A stretch of DNA of 60,874 bases, counting the filler, from Nitrospinae bacterium RIFCSPLOWO2_12_FULL_45_22 (GTDB taxonomy: Bacteria > 2-12-FULL-45-22), in NCBI GenBank assembly GCA_001803565.1. It is 5 parts of 5 records of this genome, joined end to end, with 100 filler letters (N's around TTAATTAATTAA, not from the genome) between each part and the next. Parts side by side here need not be neighbours in the genome. Positions count along the whole stretch, not along the records: positions 1 to 17,682 come from MHDQ01000043.1; 4 more parts are not named here. One strand, given 5' to 3'. Below the pieces are notes generated by a model, which searched no databases, was not told where the DNA came from, and worked only from the letters and a program-made list of their open reading frames with translations. This document shows positions 1-9,114 of the stretch, in pieces (positions within the stretch are counted from its first letter, which is position 1; each line of letters opens with the position of its first letter). The position numbers were made by a program, and so were the translations under genes.

Positions 1-1005
1 CCCAGCACCACTACGCAGGCAATGGCCCTTTAATACTTTGCTGGCGCCATTAACGAGTACCGGAATGCCCCAGGCCCAGGACTCCAGCAGAGTAAGTGAT
101 AGACTCTCATATGGAGAGGGGATAATAACCAAGGAGGCGCGGCGTAGCCAGGTTTCCTTTTCCTTCTCTGATAGGTAACCAAGAACCATAAGGTCAGGAT
201 CAGAAGGCAGCTTAAGGACTTTTTGCCCTACCAAAACCAGCTTTAACTCCCCTCCACCCTTCTCTCTTTTATAACGGAGAAAGGAATCTACCAGGTCACC
301 ACACCCCTTCTTGACATCTACCCGGCCAATATATATCAGATATCCATCTTTCTGGGGTCCTGCGTGATTTAGGTTATCTGACGAACTATCTTCTGCAGGG
401 AGATCAATACCTACTCCGCAGACCTCATGGGGGATATGATTATTTTTGAAGTGGCTCTGGACAAAGGCCTGCTCTTCTAAAGAATTATAGATAATAGCCC
501 GGGGTAATTGAAATAGGGAGCGGAAAATCTTGAGATAGATCGGGGGCTCATCATGGGCGGTAGGCACTAAGATAGCTTTTTCTGGGACTAACGGTAAGCC
601 AAAATAAGTTGTGCAGTAGAGATAAGTAAAGAATACAAAATAATCGTAACGGTAGCGGTTGTCTTCAATAAAGTTAAATAACTGAGAAGAGAAGGGCCCC
701 TGGCGCTTCATCCATTCTATCTCTTCTGTAATAGTACCCTCGCCCTTCAATATCTTACGCGAAAACAGGTTGAACCATCTGATCCTTCTGGACCGGTCTA
801 CCAGGAAGCGCCACACAGTTACACCATTTATCTCCACTTTACCCGGGGGATAGAAGTTTTTCCAGGTAATATAGTCTTTGGCGCAGGTAGTGAGGATTTC
901 GATTTGCCAATGCCGGGCAAGGCGTTCTGCCAGAAGCCGACAGAGCCTCTCAGCACCACCACTGACCTCCGGGCCATAGCGCTGGACAACAAAAGCCATC
1001 CTCAT
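1..1005 (-). CDS. Glycosyltransferase family 4 protein (partial, runs off window start)
   Basis: Own translation: MRMAFVVQRYGPEVSGGAERLCRLLAERLARHWQIEILTTCAKDYITW..., with later YIGRVD and PSPYESLSITLLESW GT-B motifs; its ATG overlaps the wzt stop (ATGA). Confidence 0.85.
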   Translation of the reverse strand, partial: MRMAFVVQRYGPEVSGGAERLCRLLAERLARHWQIEILTTCAKDYITWKNFYPPGKVEINGVTVWRFLVDRSRRIRWFNLFSRKILKGEGTITEEIEWMKRQGPFSSQLFNFIEDNRYRYDYFVFFTYLYCTTYFGLPLVPEKAILVPTAHDEPPIYLKIFRSLFQLPRAIIYNSLEEQAFVQSHFKNNHIPHEVCGVGIDLPAEDSSSDNLNHAGPQKDGYLIYIGRVDVKKGCGDLVDSFLRYKREKGGGELKLVLVGQKVLKLPSDPDLMVLGYLSEKEKETWLRRASLVIIPSPYESLSLTLLESWAWGIPVLVNGASKVLKGHCLRSGAG

Positions 1006-2294
1006 GGCGACATGACCCATTGGTGGGGGATGCGGCAGATGCCTAAGTCCTTCCGGTCAGCCCTGACCGCAAAGGAATAGAGGCGGGTCTGATAATCATA
1101 GTCATAACCATCCCGGGTATGGGCCGCTATATCCAACTGATAAGTCCCCTCAATAAGGTCTACTGATTTGATCAGTATCTTAAGCTGACCATCTTGGTTC
1201 AGATAAGGAATATCAATCCCCTCGATCTGGGTATTAGTACCGTAACAGCGTATCCCTTCGGGGGTATAGATACCGAATCCAAATACCGGGTCATTAACCG
1301 GGGAATTGACTTTATAATTGATCTCGATAGTCATGGGCTCTCCCCGGAAATAGACAAACTTCTCTCGGCCATTATAGTCCAGGAACCTCACACCGGTTAT
1401 CTCTATTTCCATACTACCCCAACGATTCAAGCGGTTCCGCTTCTGATCCGGACCTTCTTCGGCTGCCATAACAGAAGCAGGGTCACCAGATTCGGTAACG
1501 GCCTCTATGATTTCTGGGGGCTGTTGTGCCTGTCTGAATCGCTCTTCTTCCAGGGCCAGTACTTGCTGCCGGTACCGGTCTATAACCATCCGGGGAGTAC
1601 CTTGCTCTTTTATGATCCCTTCATCTAACCAGATAGCCTCATCACAGAGCCTCTCGATAGCAAACAAGTCGTGCGAGACGATAATGATGGTCTTTTTCTG
1701 GCGTTTAAATTCACCGATCCGGTCATTGCATTTACGGACAAAGGATTCATCACCCACCGCTAATATCTCATCTATCAGGAGTATATCGGGGTCTACATGG
1801 GTAGCGATGGAAAAGGCCAGGCGCATAAACATACCGGACGAATAAGTCCTTACTGGATAATCAATATACTCTTCTAGCTCAGAAAATCTTACAATCTCAT
1901 GATATTTTCTCTCAATCTCTCTCTTGGATAGGCCCAGGATAGTACCATTAAGATAGATATTTTCCCGGCCAGAAAAGATGGGATGAAAACCTATCCCTAG
2001 CTCTAGTAAGGACGATATCCTGCCATTTACCTGGATAGAACCGCTATCTGGCGATAGGATACCGCAGATCAGCTTGAGGAGGGTAGTTTTACCGGAGCCG
2101 TTCCGGCCAATAATACCCACCGTTGCCCCTTTTGATACTATAAGGTTTATATTGGTGAGTATCTCTTTTTTGCTATCGTCTCTGATGCTTTCTTTGCCTA
2201 AGCGAAATAGATGGGCCTTGAGGGTAGTGTAGTTGCTCAGCAGATTACGCCGCCGGAAGCTTTTTGAGACCTGCTCTAGTTTAACTGCTATCAT
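1002..2294 (-). CDS. wzt: Polysaccharide/O-antigen ABC exporter ATP-binding subunit with C-terminal carbohydrate-binding (Wzt_C) domain
   Basis: Walker A GRNGSGKTT, signature YSSGM, Walker B ILLIDE, C-terminal domain starting RWGSMEIEI. Confidence 0.9.
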   Translation of the reverse strand: MIAVKLEQVSKSFRRRNLLSNYTTLKAHLFRLGKESIRDDSKKEILTNINLIVSKGATVGIIGRNGSGKTTLLKLICGILSPDSGSIQVNGRISSLLELGIGFHPIFSGRENIYLNGTILGLSKREIERKYHEIVRFSELEEYIDYPVRTYSSGMFMRLAFSIATHVDPDILLIDEILAVGDESFVRKCNDRIGEFKRQKKTIIIVSHDLFAIERLCDEAIWLDEGIIKEQGTPRMVIDRYRQQVLALEEERFRQAQQPPEIIEAVTESGDPASVMAAEEGPDQKRNRLNRWGSMEIEITGVRFLDYNGREKFVYFRGEPMTIEINYKVNSPVNDPVFGFGIYTPEGIRCYGTNTQIEGIDIPYLNQDGQLKILIKSVDLIEGTYQLDIAAHTRDGYDYDYQTRLYSFAVRADRKDLGICRIPHQWVMSP

Positions 2295-2321
2295 ATTAAA
2301 TTAATCAGGACACAGATTTTC

Positions 2322-2600
2322 GTAATTGTTTAGCCAAAATTAGGATTTTAGCCACGGATGAACACGGATAGACAGATTCGTTTCAATGCAAAATGCAAAA
2401 TTAGCAATTAGCATTTCAAAATCAAAGATCTGAGATTAAGAGATTTATAGAGACTAGGGGACTAAATATCTAATCTCTTTTTAGTCTCTTAATCTCCTAG
2501 TTTCTCTAATTGTTAATTGCTAATTTTAGATTGTTAATTTTGCAATGAAGCCAATAATCTGTGTTCATCTGTGTACAGAATAAAATTCCTAAACTATTAA
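2322..2600. repeat. Nested palindromic intergenic element (outer GTAA shell, CCACGGATGAACACGGAT layer, heptamer layer, octamer core)
   Basis: Concentric inverted repeats read directly; the inner ~170 bp recurs at about 14400-14562. Confidence 0.75.
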
Positions 2601-2601
2601 T

Positions 2602-3390
2602 TTAGATCTCCTCGGTCAAGGTCTTTCGGTAGCGATCAAAGACCAAATAGCCGATATAAAAAGTACTGATAGAATACAGGAAAACTATGATCATCTGATT
2701 GAACCCAGGAAATCGGTGATAAAAAAGGATATCCTGATACGCCATCATCATTACCCCGAGGGGATTCAAGAAGAGCAAAGGCCGCAGTTGCTCTGGGACT
2801 AAGCTGATCGGATAGATGATCGGGCATAGGAAAAACCATAGGGTCAAGAAGTTCCCCAGGATATGCTGCACATCCCGAAAAAAGACATTCAAGGCGGAGC
2901 TGACCAGTGCCAGGCCGAGGGTGAATAGGAACTGGAGGGTTATTAATAGCGGCAGAAATACCAGTGGTATACCCAGCTTGATCCCTAAGAAGAGGAGAAA
3001 GACAAAAAGTATCAGTAAGCCCAGGAGAAAATTGACCAGATTAGATATTACCGGAACAGTAGGCAGGACTTCAGGAGGAAAGGGGACTTTAGTAAGCAAG
3101 GTACTGCCTTGAATGATAGAATTGACCCCCTCAGCCATCGAGGAGGAGAACCATATCCAGGGTAACAACCCACAAAAGAGATAAGCGGTATAGTTCTCCA
3201 TCTCTATCTTCATATAGACTGAAAAGACCAGGGTATAAACTAACATCAGGAGCAACGGGTTGAGAAAAGACCAGAAAAAGCCGATAAACGACCCTCGGTA
3301 CCGGGCCCGTAGGGTCTGACTGACTAGGCTCTTTATCAGATAGCGGTACCTAACTAAATTTTTTATATTCGTCCAAATCCTCATTGGCAT
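2602..3390 (-). CDS. wzm: Polysaccharide ABC exporter permease
   Basis: RYRGSFIGFFWSFLNPL and FFRDVQHI motifs, multiple TM segments, adjacent to wzt. Confidence 0.9.
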   Translation of the reverse strand: MPMRIWTNIKNLVRYRYLIKSLVSQTLRARYRGSFIGFFWSFLNPLLLMLVYTLVFSVYMKIEMENYTAYLFCGLLPWIWFSSSMAEGVNSIIQGSTLLTKVPFPPEVLPTVPVISNLVNFLLGLLILFVFLLFLGIKLGIPLVFLPLLITLQFLFTLGLALVSSALNVFFRDVQHILGNFLTLWFFLCPIIYPISLVPEQLRPLLFLNPLGVMMMAYQDILFYHRFPGFNQMIIVFLYSISTFYIGYLVFDRYRKTLTEEI

Positions 3391-3424
3391 AAAAAGCTTT
3401 ATAAGCGTTCACCACAGAGACACA

Positions 3425-3498
3425 GTTATTAGGTCATTAGGTTACTGGGTTATTGGGTTACTAAATAACCCAATAACCTAATGACCCAATCACCCAAA
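3425..3498. repeat. Octamer palindrome (GTTATTRG)n...(YAATNACC)n
   Basis: gttattag gtcattag gttactgg gttattgg ... aataaccc aataacct aatgaccc aatcaccc; related copy at 50832-50916. Confidence 0.75.
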
Positions 3499-3505
3499 TT
3501 CCAGT

Positions 3506-3943
3506 TTATTTTGCTGGTTTGGGTGGCTGTTCCTTCCACCATTGGTTCCATTGGTGGATAGCCTTCTTTTCCTGGTCTTTGGTCAAGGGGCCGGGATAAC
3601 CAAAGGAGTGACCCGTAATATATTTTAAACGATATATGACGAACTGTTTTTCTGTAATATCGGGGTCATTCAGGCCCTTTATCAAGGATTCTATCTCAGT
3701 GTAAGAAGGATGGAAGAGCTTCTTTCCTAATTCCCAGGGCATAGAGATCCCGGCTTTAGGGAAGTCATAGAAGGTAAATTTAAAAGCAATCAGAGGCAAG
3801 TAGATAGGGAACAAAAGGATAGCCGTATCGCTATGGTACTCAAAGACCCTTTCTCCTACAGCCTTGGGACTAGTGGCAGATACCGCGCTACTGCTACCTA
3901 TCACAATAACTATTACTAATAGCATCAGCTTAATAGTCTTCAT
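3506..3943 (-). CDS. Hypothetical exported/membrane protein
   Basis: Signal-peptide-like N-terminus, GAGGAG RBS, C-terminal AIHQWNQWW. Confidence 0.6.
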   Translation of the reverse strand: MKTIKLMLLVIVIVIGSSSAVSATSPKAVGERVFEYHSDTAILLFPIYLPLIAFKFTFYDFPKAGISMPWELGKKLFHPSYTEIESLIKGLNDPDITEKQFVIYRLKYITGHSFGYPGPLTKDQEKKAIHQWNQWWKEQPPKPAK

Positions 3944-4044
3944 CTTTATCTCCTCTTATGTTGCGATAAAATAGCCTGGTTATTTAGTTAATCCAGCCTT
4001 GAATCCCACAAGAAGAAAGCCAACTAACTCAAAGAACTGCTGGG

Positions 4045-5355
4045 TCAATCTTCCAACTTGCTAAGGCCCAGGCTCTGGATGAAAGTCTCCAGGCGATCCA
4101 GCACCTGGCTCTCATCTAATTCCCTAAAGTCGGCAAAATTTCCCTCATAGATGGCAACGGGAAACCCTGCTTTTTGCAGTTCCAGTTTGGCCTCTGGCGA
4201 ACCAAGGGTGCAGAGGGGACAGCCCCGGTTGTAATGCATTACTACTCCTTCACACCGCCAATATTTAGCTAAGGCTATTATATCGAAAGCCTTCCGTTTG
4301 GGAGAAGAGAACGCTTGGCTGAGGGGACTCTCTAGATGCCACAGGGCAATAGCTCGCAGGGCATCTGCTCTATTGTTTAAGGGCATATTCCTCTCTTCTG
4401 GGGTCTTTGCTGGCAAAACCACCCCGTCTTCCCTGATTTCTATCTGGCCGCTGTTTATGCAATAAACCCAGATGCCTACAAATACAACCCCGTACTTCTC
4501 AAAATATCTGAACATCTTAAGAAAATTCCATGGTGGGGTAAGATCGGTCATGAGCCTGCATCTTTCGTCACCTACCGCGGCAATTTGATTCGCTATTCGA
4601 TCTTTTACTTCATCCCGGAGTGCTTCATAGAAAGCCACCGCCTCGGGTTGGTGCCTTATTCCTATGGCAATGGGCATAAGAGCTAATTCGCTTTTTAGAT
4701 CCAGTGGAGCGGGGATCGCCTGGTTAAGCAGGCATATCTCCCCCCAGAGCGCTTCACTTTTGAAAAAGTTACGGGAGGCTTCGATTAGCTTTTCGTCATC
4801 ATACTTCCTCCCGGTAATTTTTTCCATCCATTCAATGGAGTCATATAGCTGAGAGGCAAGGTATTCTATGACATCTTCAAACCTTACTCCGGGGGGTGTC
4901 ACTGGTTGTTCATAGACAAAAAGGGGTACATCATAATATTCCTTGCACACCTGGTACCATTTGCCATGGCCGGCATCACATAAATGTCTGGTCAGGAAAA
5001 AATCGGGTTTAGGAAAAGGACCGCCAAAATAGTAACGATCCAGGAACATAGACCCCCAATAGTTCCTCATATAGCCGCACATATCCCGGGCATATCCTCT
5101 TGCCTCGGCAGCCTCCATAGCCTCTAGTGAAAATGCTGGATCATATCCTATGCTGGCTCCATAGGGTTCGCCACTGAAATAGACAAAATCACCTAAGCCC
5201 GCTGGGAGGGCAAGACAACTAGCCCCTGAACCACTGACTAGCAGCCTGCCTTCTTCCCTGGCTGTTATTAGACTTTTATAATAATTTAACCGCAACTCTT
5301 TACCCTTCTGCCAACAGTCTAAAGGTTTTGATTTGTATTTGGATTGAATGCCCAT
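4045..5355 (-). CDS. bzdO: Benzoyl-CoA reductase bzd-type subunit O-like (2-hydroxyacyl-CoA dehydratase family)
   Basis: N-terminus KYKSKPLDCWQKGKELR; GEPYGAS, ARDMCGYMRNYWGS, HYNRGC and YEGNFADFRELDE motifs. Confidence 0.75.
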   Translation of the reverse strand: MGIQSKYKSKPLDCWQKGKELRLNYYKSLITAREEGRLLVSGSGASCLALPAGLGDFVYFSGEPYGASIGYDPAFSLEAMEAAEARGYARDMCGYMRNYWGSMFLDRYYFGGPFPKPDFFLTRHLCDAGHGKWYQVCKEYYDVPLFVYEQPVTPPGVRFEDVIEYLASQLYDSIEWMEKITGRKYDDEKLIEASRNFFKSEALWGEICLLNQAIPAPLDLKSELALMPIAIGIRHQPEAVAFYEALRDEVKDRIANQIAAVGDERCRLMTDLTPPWNFLKMFRYFEKYGVVFVGIWVYCINSGQIEIREDGVVLPAKTPEERNMPLNNRADALRAIALWHLESPLSQAFSSPKRKAFDIIALAKYWRCEGVVMHYNRGCPLCTLGSPEAKLELQKAGFPVAIYEGNFADFRELDESQVLDRLETFIQSLGLSKLED

Positions 5356-5398
5356 CTGTCTTTCTCCTAATAGTTTAGTATATCATTTAACTGGAGAT

Positions 5399-6517
5399 TC
5401 AGATCACTTCCATCGCCAGCATCTCCAGGAAGGCTTCTACCCGAGTCCGGAACTGCCCTATGGGTGTGGTAATATCAAACTCGAGGAACAGGCTTGGGAT
5501 ATTCCGCTCCTTGAGCAGGGCTATCAAGGGCGGGATATCGAACTCATGAGGGTCACAGAATTTTTGCTGGATTAAAATTACCCCCTGGACATGGTAGTCG
5601 TCTATTAGCTTAAAGATATAGGGCCACCTGCGCCGCTCAGGAAAATCTTTGGCTGGGCAAGGGGGCCGTTCTATATAGCGCTGGGCAATAGCAGCGAGCT
5701 TATCTTCTTCCGAAATCACTTCATTCCAAAAATATCTGGTGCCGGTACAGTGCTCATCCACCACTATGGTAGCCCCCAGGGATTCTACCATTCTTACAAA
5801 CTCCGTATCATCATCCTCACTACCAATAAGCATCAGGCGAATGCCCGGATCGCGTTCATTTTGTCTCTGGTCTATATTTTGCCAGATTTCTTGCAGAAGG
5901 ACATTATGTTCTGCTTTATCCATCACCTGGCTGGAAAGGACTATATCCATAGCCTCCGCACCAAGGATCGGGGGGATGGTGCGTTGCCTTAGCATATAGA
6001 GTTGTTTGGTTAGACAGCGATTTGTGTTGTAAATATCAATTGCCCTTTCCATATCTTCCTGAGAGATCTCCTTTGCTGTCCATTCTTCCAGACTCTTTTT
6101 AAATCGGTCTAATTCCTTTATCAAAAAAGGTTTCGCTCTACTACTCTGAATATTTGAGGGAGTGCTTATAAAATGGCTATAGGATAAAGGTATGTTTAAT
6201 TCCCAACTGGCAAAGGCATTACGCATATGGATACAACTCCGGGCCTTAGCAATACCATCCAGGTAATCATATTTCCCCAGTAACCCTTGCGCTAAACAAT
6301 CACGGCAATAAGGACAATACATGCTATAGATATGCCGGTCTGTGACATCTTGAGGCTGATGGCTGCCGAAGATTCTTACTGGTAGTGCACCCGCTGCATA
6401 AGCCAATTCTTCTGGCAAATAAGTACAAAAATATCCCAATACTCTCCCGCCGGTCCTGGCTTTCCACTCTCTGGCATAATCATGGCGTTTGTCAAATATT
6501 TCTCGAAACCTATCCAT
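5399..6517 (-). CDS. bzdN: Benzoyl-CoA reductase bzd-type subunit N
   Basis: RHDYAREWKARTGG, GYFCTYLPEE, CPYCRDCLAQGL, DEHCTGTRYFWN, QQKFCDPHEFD; start placed at MDRF after the AAGGAG RBS. Confidence 0.85.
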   Translation of the reverse strand: MDRFREIFDKRHDYAREWKARTGGRVLGYFCTYLPEELAYAAGALPVRIFGSHQPQDVTDRHIYSMYCPYCRDCLAQGLLGKYDYLDGIAKARSCIHMRNAFASWELNIPLSYSHFISTPSNIQSSRAKPFLIKELDRFKKSLEEWTAKEISQEDMERAIDIYNTNRCLTKQLYMLRQRTIPPILGAEAMDIVLSSQVMDKAEHNVLLQEIWQNIDQRQNERDPGIRLMLIGSEDDDTEFVRMVESLGATIVVDEHCTGTRYFWNEVISEEDKLAAIAQRYIERPPCPAKDFPERRRWPYIFKLIDDYHVQGVILIQQKFCDPHEFDIPPLIALLKERNIPSLFLEFDITTPIGQFRTRVEAFLEMLAMEVI

Positions 6518-6563
6518 CTTAGAACTCCTTAGTAGAGCGTCTTCTAAATAACGTTGCAATGCT

Positions 6564-6638
6564 GTCATTTCGAGCGTAGCGAGAAATCTTAATGAATAAG
6601 GAATGTTACAAAGATCTCTCCCTTCGGTCGAGATGACA
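6564..6638. repeat. Palindromic repeat GTCATTTCGAGCGTAGCGAGAAATCT...AGATCTCTCCCTTCGGTCGAGATGAC
   Basis: Imperfect inverted repeat related to the cargo of the elements at 7517, 10555 and 42325. Confidence 0.7.
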
Positions 6639-6687
6639 TGGAATTTACGAAACGATCCACTAGTTAATCAGTAATTAATTAGCGTAT

Positions 6688-7473
6688 TTAGCCTGGATAG
6701 CACAGCCCACCATTTATGCTCAGGGTCTGTCCTGTGATGGCATTTGAGACATCAGAGGCCAGAAATAATGCCGCTTCGGCAATATCATTTTGGGTTACAG
6801 GAAATGGCTGTTTCTCCAGGGCCTTCTTAAATACCTTAGCGACAGGATGGTCTGAACCCAGCATATCTCTTATTAACGGGCTATCGCTGATTACAGTGAG
6901 AGATATGGTATTAATTCGGATCTTCCACCGGGCAAACTCTTGCGCCAGGGTCTTAGTCATCAGGACCAATGCTGCCCCTGAAGCACCCACCATTGATTCA
7001 CCTGGCGTGGGCCATCTTCCAGCATCGGTTCCCAGCATTACTATCTTACCTGATTGTCTTTCAATCATGTAGTTAATCGCTGCCTTCACGCAGTAAGCCC
7101 TATTTAACCACTGAATCTTGGCCAGGTCGAAATAATCTTCCGGGTCCGTATCTCTAAAAAACCTTGCTTTTCCGAACAATGCCACGGCTCCACCAGAAAC
7201 TACCAGGATATCAATCTTCCCAAACCTTTCTATTCCCCTGTCAACCATCCGCTTTACTTCCGGGTAGTTATTTATATCTGCCTCTTCAAAAATAGCTTCC
7301 CGACCCAAACTGATAACCTCCTTTACCACATCCTGACCTAACTCGGGGGTTGAATCCTTCCCATGTAGAATAAGATTAGCCCCATTTTCTGCAAACTTCA
7401 AAGCAATTGCCTTGCCAATACCCGCACTAGACCCAGTCACTAATGCTACCTTACCCGCTAGGTTTGATGGCAT
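6688..7473 (-). CDS. Short-chain dehydrogenase/reductase (SDR)
   Basis: TGSSAGIG Rossmann motif and C-terminal ITGQTLSINGG; the canonical YxxxK is not seen (ESMVGASGAA). Confidence 0.9.
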   Translation of the reverse strand: MPSNLAGKVALVTGSSAGIGKAIALKFAENGANLILHGKDSTPELGQDVVKEVISLGREAIFEEADINNYPEVKRMVDRGIERFGKIDILVVSGGAVALFGKARFFRDTDPEDYFDLAKIQWLNRAYCVKAAINYMIERQSGKIVMLGTDAGRWPTPGESMVGASGAALVLMTKTLAQEFARWKIRINTISLTVISDSPLIRDMLGSDHPVAKVFKKALEKQPFPVTQNDIAEAALFLASDVSNAITGQTLSINGGLCYPG

Positions 7474-7516
7474 GTTTTATCCCCTCCCTAATTATGGACT
7501 AAGAAACTCTATTCAT

Positions 7517-7652
7517 GTAACTGTTCACCAGCTTCCCATCACCACGTCATTCTGAGCCAAAGCCCTGAGCAAAGCGAAGGGGCAAGCCAAGAATCTCAAT
7601 CCCCAGCAGACCCTTCGTTCCGCTCAGGATGACAGGTACAGTGAACGGTTAC
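7517..7652. mobile_element. MITE with GTAACTGTTCAC/GTGAACGGTTAC termini and perfect 8-bp target-site duplication CTATTCAT (IS66-like ends)
   Basis: ctattcat|gtaactgttcac...gtgaacggttac|ctattcat read directly. Confidence 0.85.
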
Positions 7653-7690
7653 CTATTCATTTCAGCTTTTATCCTCTTGGCTCTAGTGAC

Positions 7691-8479
7691 TTATTTAAAC
7701 TGAGGTTTACGCCTCTCCTTAAAAGCTGTCAATCCTTCACGGACATCTTCGCCTTTGTAATGGAGCCCTATCGCCCACTGTTCCAATTTTAATGCCTCAT
7801 GAATATTCATCTGCATACCCTGGTTCACTAATAACTTAGCAATACGGGATGCCTCACTGCTCTTGCTGACAATCTTGTTCACCATCTCAGTAGCCGCTTC
7901 TTCCAGCTTATCTGCCGGTACCACCATATTTACCAGGCCCCATTCCATAGCCTTCTGAGGGGTTATCCAATCACCTGTAAGGATAAGCTCTTTAGCCCTA
8001 TTTATACCGATCTTTCTGGGTAGGCGCTGCGTTCCACCACCACCAGCAATCAGGCCAAAATTGGTATGCTGATCACCAATCCGGGCCTCCTCGGAGGCAA
8101 TCAAGATATCACAGACTAAAGCCAGCTCTAAACCACCTGCTAAACATAAACCATTAATAGCGCCTATGACCGGTACCCGACTATTCTCTATACCGTTAAA
8201 GACCCGTTCCCAGGTCCGGCCATACTCCGCAAATATCCTAGGATCACCGCCACCCTCCATAAGCTGTTTTACGAAGGATAAATCCGCACCCGCGGAAAAG
8301 GCCTTGCCCTTACCGGTTATTACTAATGCCTTTATACTGTAGTCCCGCTCCAGATCGTCCCAGGCCTGACCTATCTCCTGGATAATTTCTAGATTCAATG
8401 GGTTCATTAACTCTGGACGATTGAGATAGATCCAGGCCCCAGGCCCCCGCTTCTCATAAATAATGTTCTTGAAGTCCAT
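7691..8479 (-). CDS. Enoyl-CoA hydratase/isomerase (crotonase family)
   Basis: LNRPE, AFSAGADL, AINGLCLAGGLELALVCD, GGGTQRLPR, AFKERRKPQF. Confidence 0.92.
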   Translation of the reverse strand: MDFKNIIYEKRGPGAWIYLNRPELMNPLNLEIIQEIGQAWDDLERDYSIKALVITGKGKAFSAGADLSFVKQLMEGGGDPRIFAEYGRTWERVFNGIENSRVPVIGAINGLCLAGGLELALVCDILIASEEARIGDQHTNFGLIAGGGGTQRLPRKIGINRAKELILTGDWITPQKAMEWGLVNMVVPADKLEEAATEMVNKIVSKSSEASRIAKLLVNQGMQMNIHEALKLEQWAIGLHYKGEDVREGLTAFKERRKPQFK

Positions 8480-8697
8480 ACTTTAACCTCCTTTTTAAAT
8501 TAGTTAGGACACAGATTTTCACAGAAGCGTAATACGCTGCTGCTACCAATCCTTGGTGGCTGAACGGTTACCTTTAATAATTACGCAAAAGTTCTAAAAA
8601 CACAAATCCTTGCCATTATAGAAAATTTTTCTTTTTTAGCAACCGTATTTTGAATTGATAGAAGAAACTTCGGTGAGTTAAGGACTTGGTTCTCTTA

Positions 8698-8713
8698 TGC
8701 AGGTCTTGTGCCG
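8698..8713 (-). promoter_or_regulatory. Possible sigma54 (-24/-12) promoter for the crotonase-SDR-bzdNO operon
   Basis: Minus strand CGGCACAAGACCTGCA has GG-N10-GC spacing but deviates from the TTGC consensus. Confidence 0.35.
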
Positions 8714-8714
8714 C

Positions 8715-9058
8715 CTAACAGTTCACCGGCATCAGTTATCAAGCAGGCCCTTTTAGTGAGCAATGAGTAATAAGCAGTTAACTGCTCACTCTATTAAACC
8801 TTCGCGTTATCTACAACTAGCGATAATTACACAAAAGGGTATGGGGCGATGGGTTATGGGGCTTCCCTATTACCCATCGCCTCTAGCCCACATTTAATCC
8901 GAAAAATGCGGATATGCTCTCAAATAGTTGTAGGGCAAGGCTTCAGCCTTGCATGAAATATTCGCCGAAGCAGGCCTAAAGGCTTGCCCTACCTGAGTTT
9001 GGAAAAAGAATTGCATTTTTCGGGTTAAAGTCTTTTCCTGAACCCCGTGAACTGTTAC
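8715..9058. repeat. Composite nested palindromic element including a REP-like GTAGGGCAAG...CTTGCCCTAC hairpin
   Basis: Outer TAACAGTTCAC/GTGAACTGTTAC; inner TTTAATCCGAAAAATGC/GCATTTTTCGGGTTAAA (8893-9029); several further short inverted repeats. Confidence 0.7.
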
Positions 9059-9114
9059 CTTCCGAGACATTTTAGATGAGATACAGGAATGAACGAGTAT
9101 TGTAGCTAGCCCTA

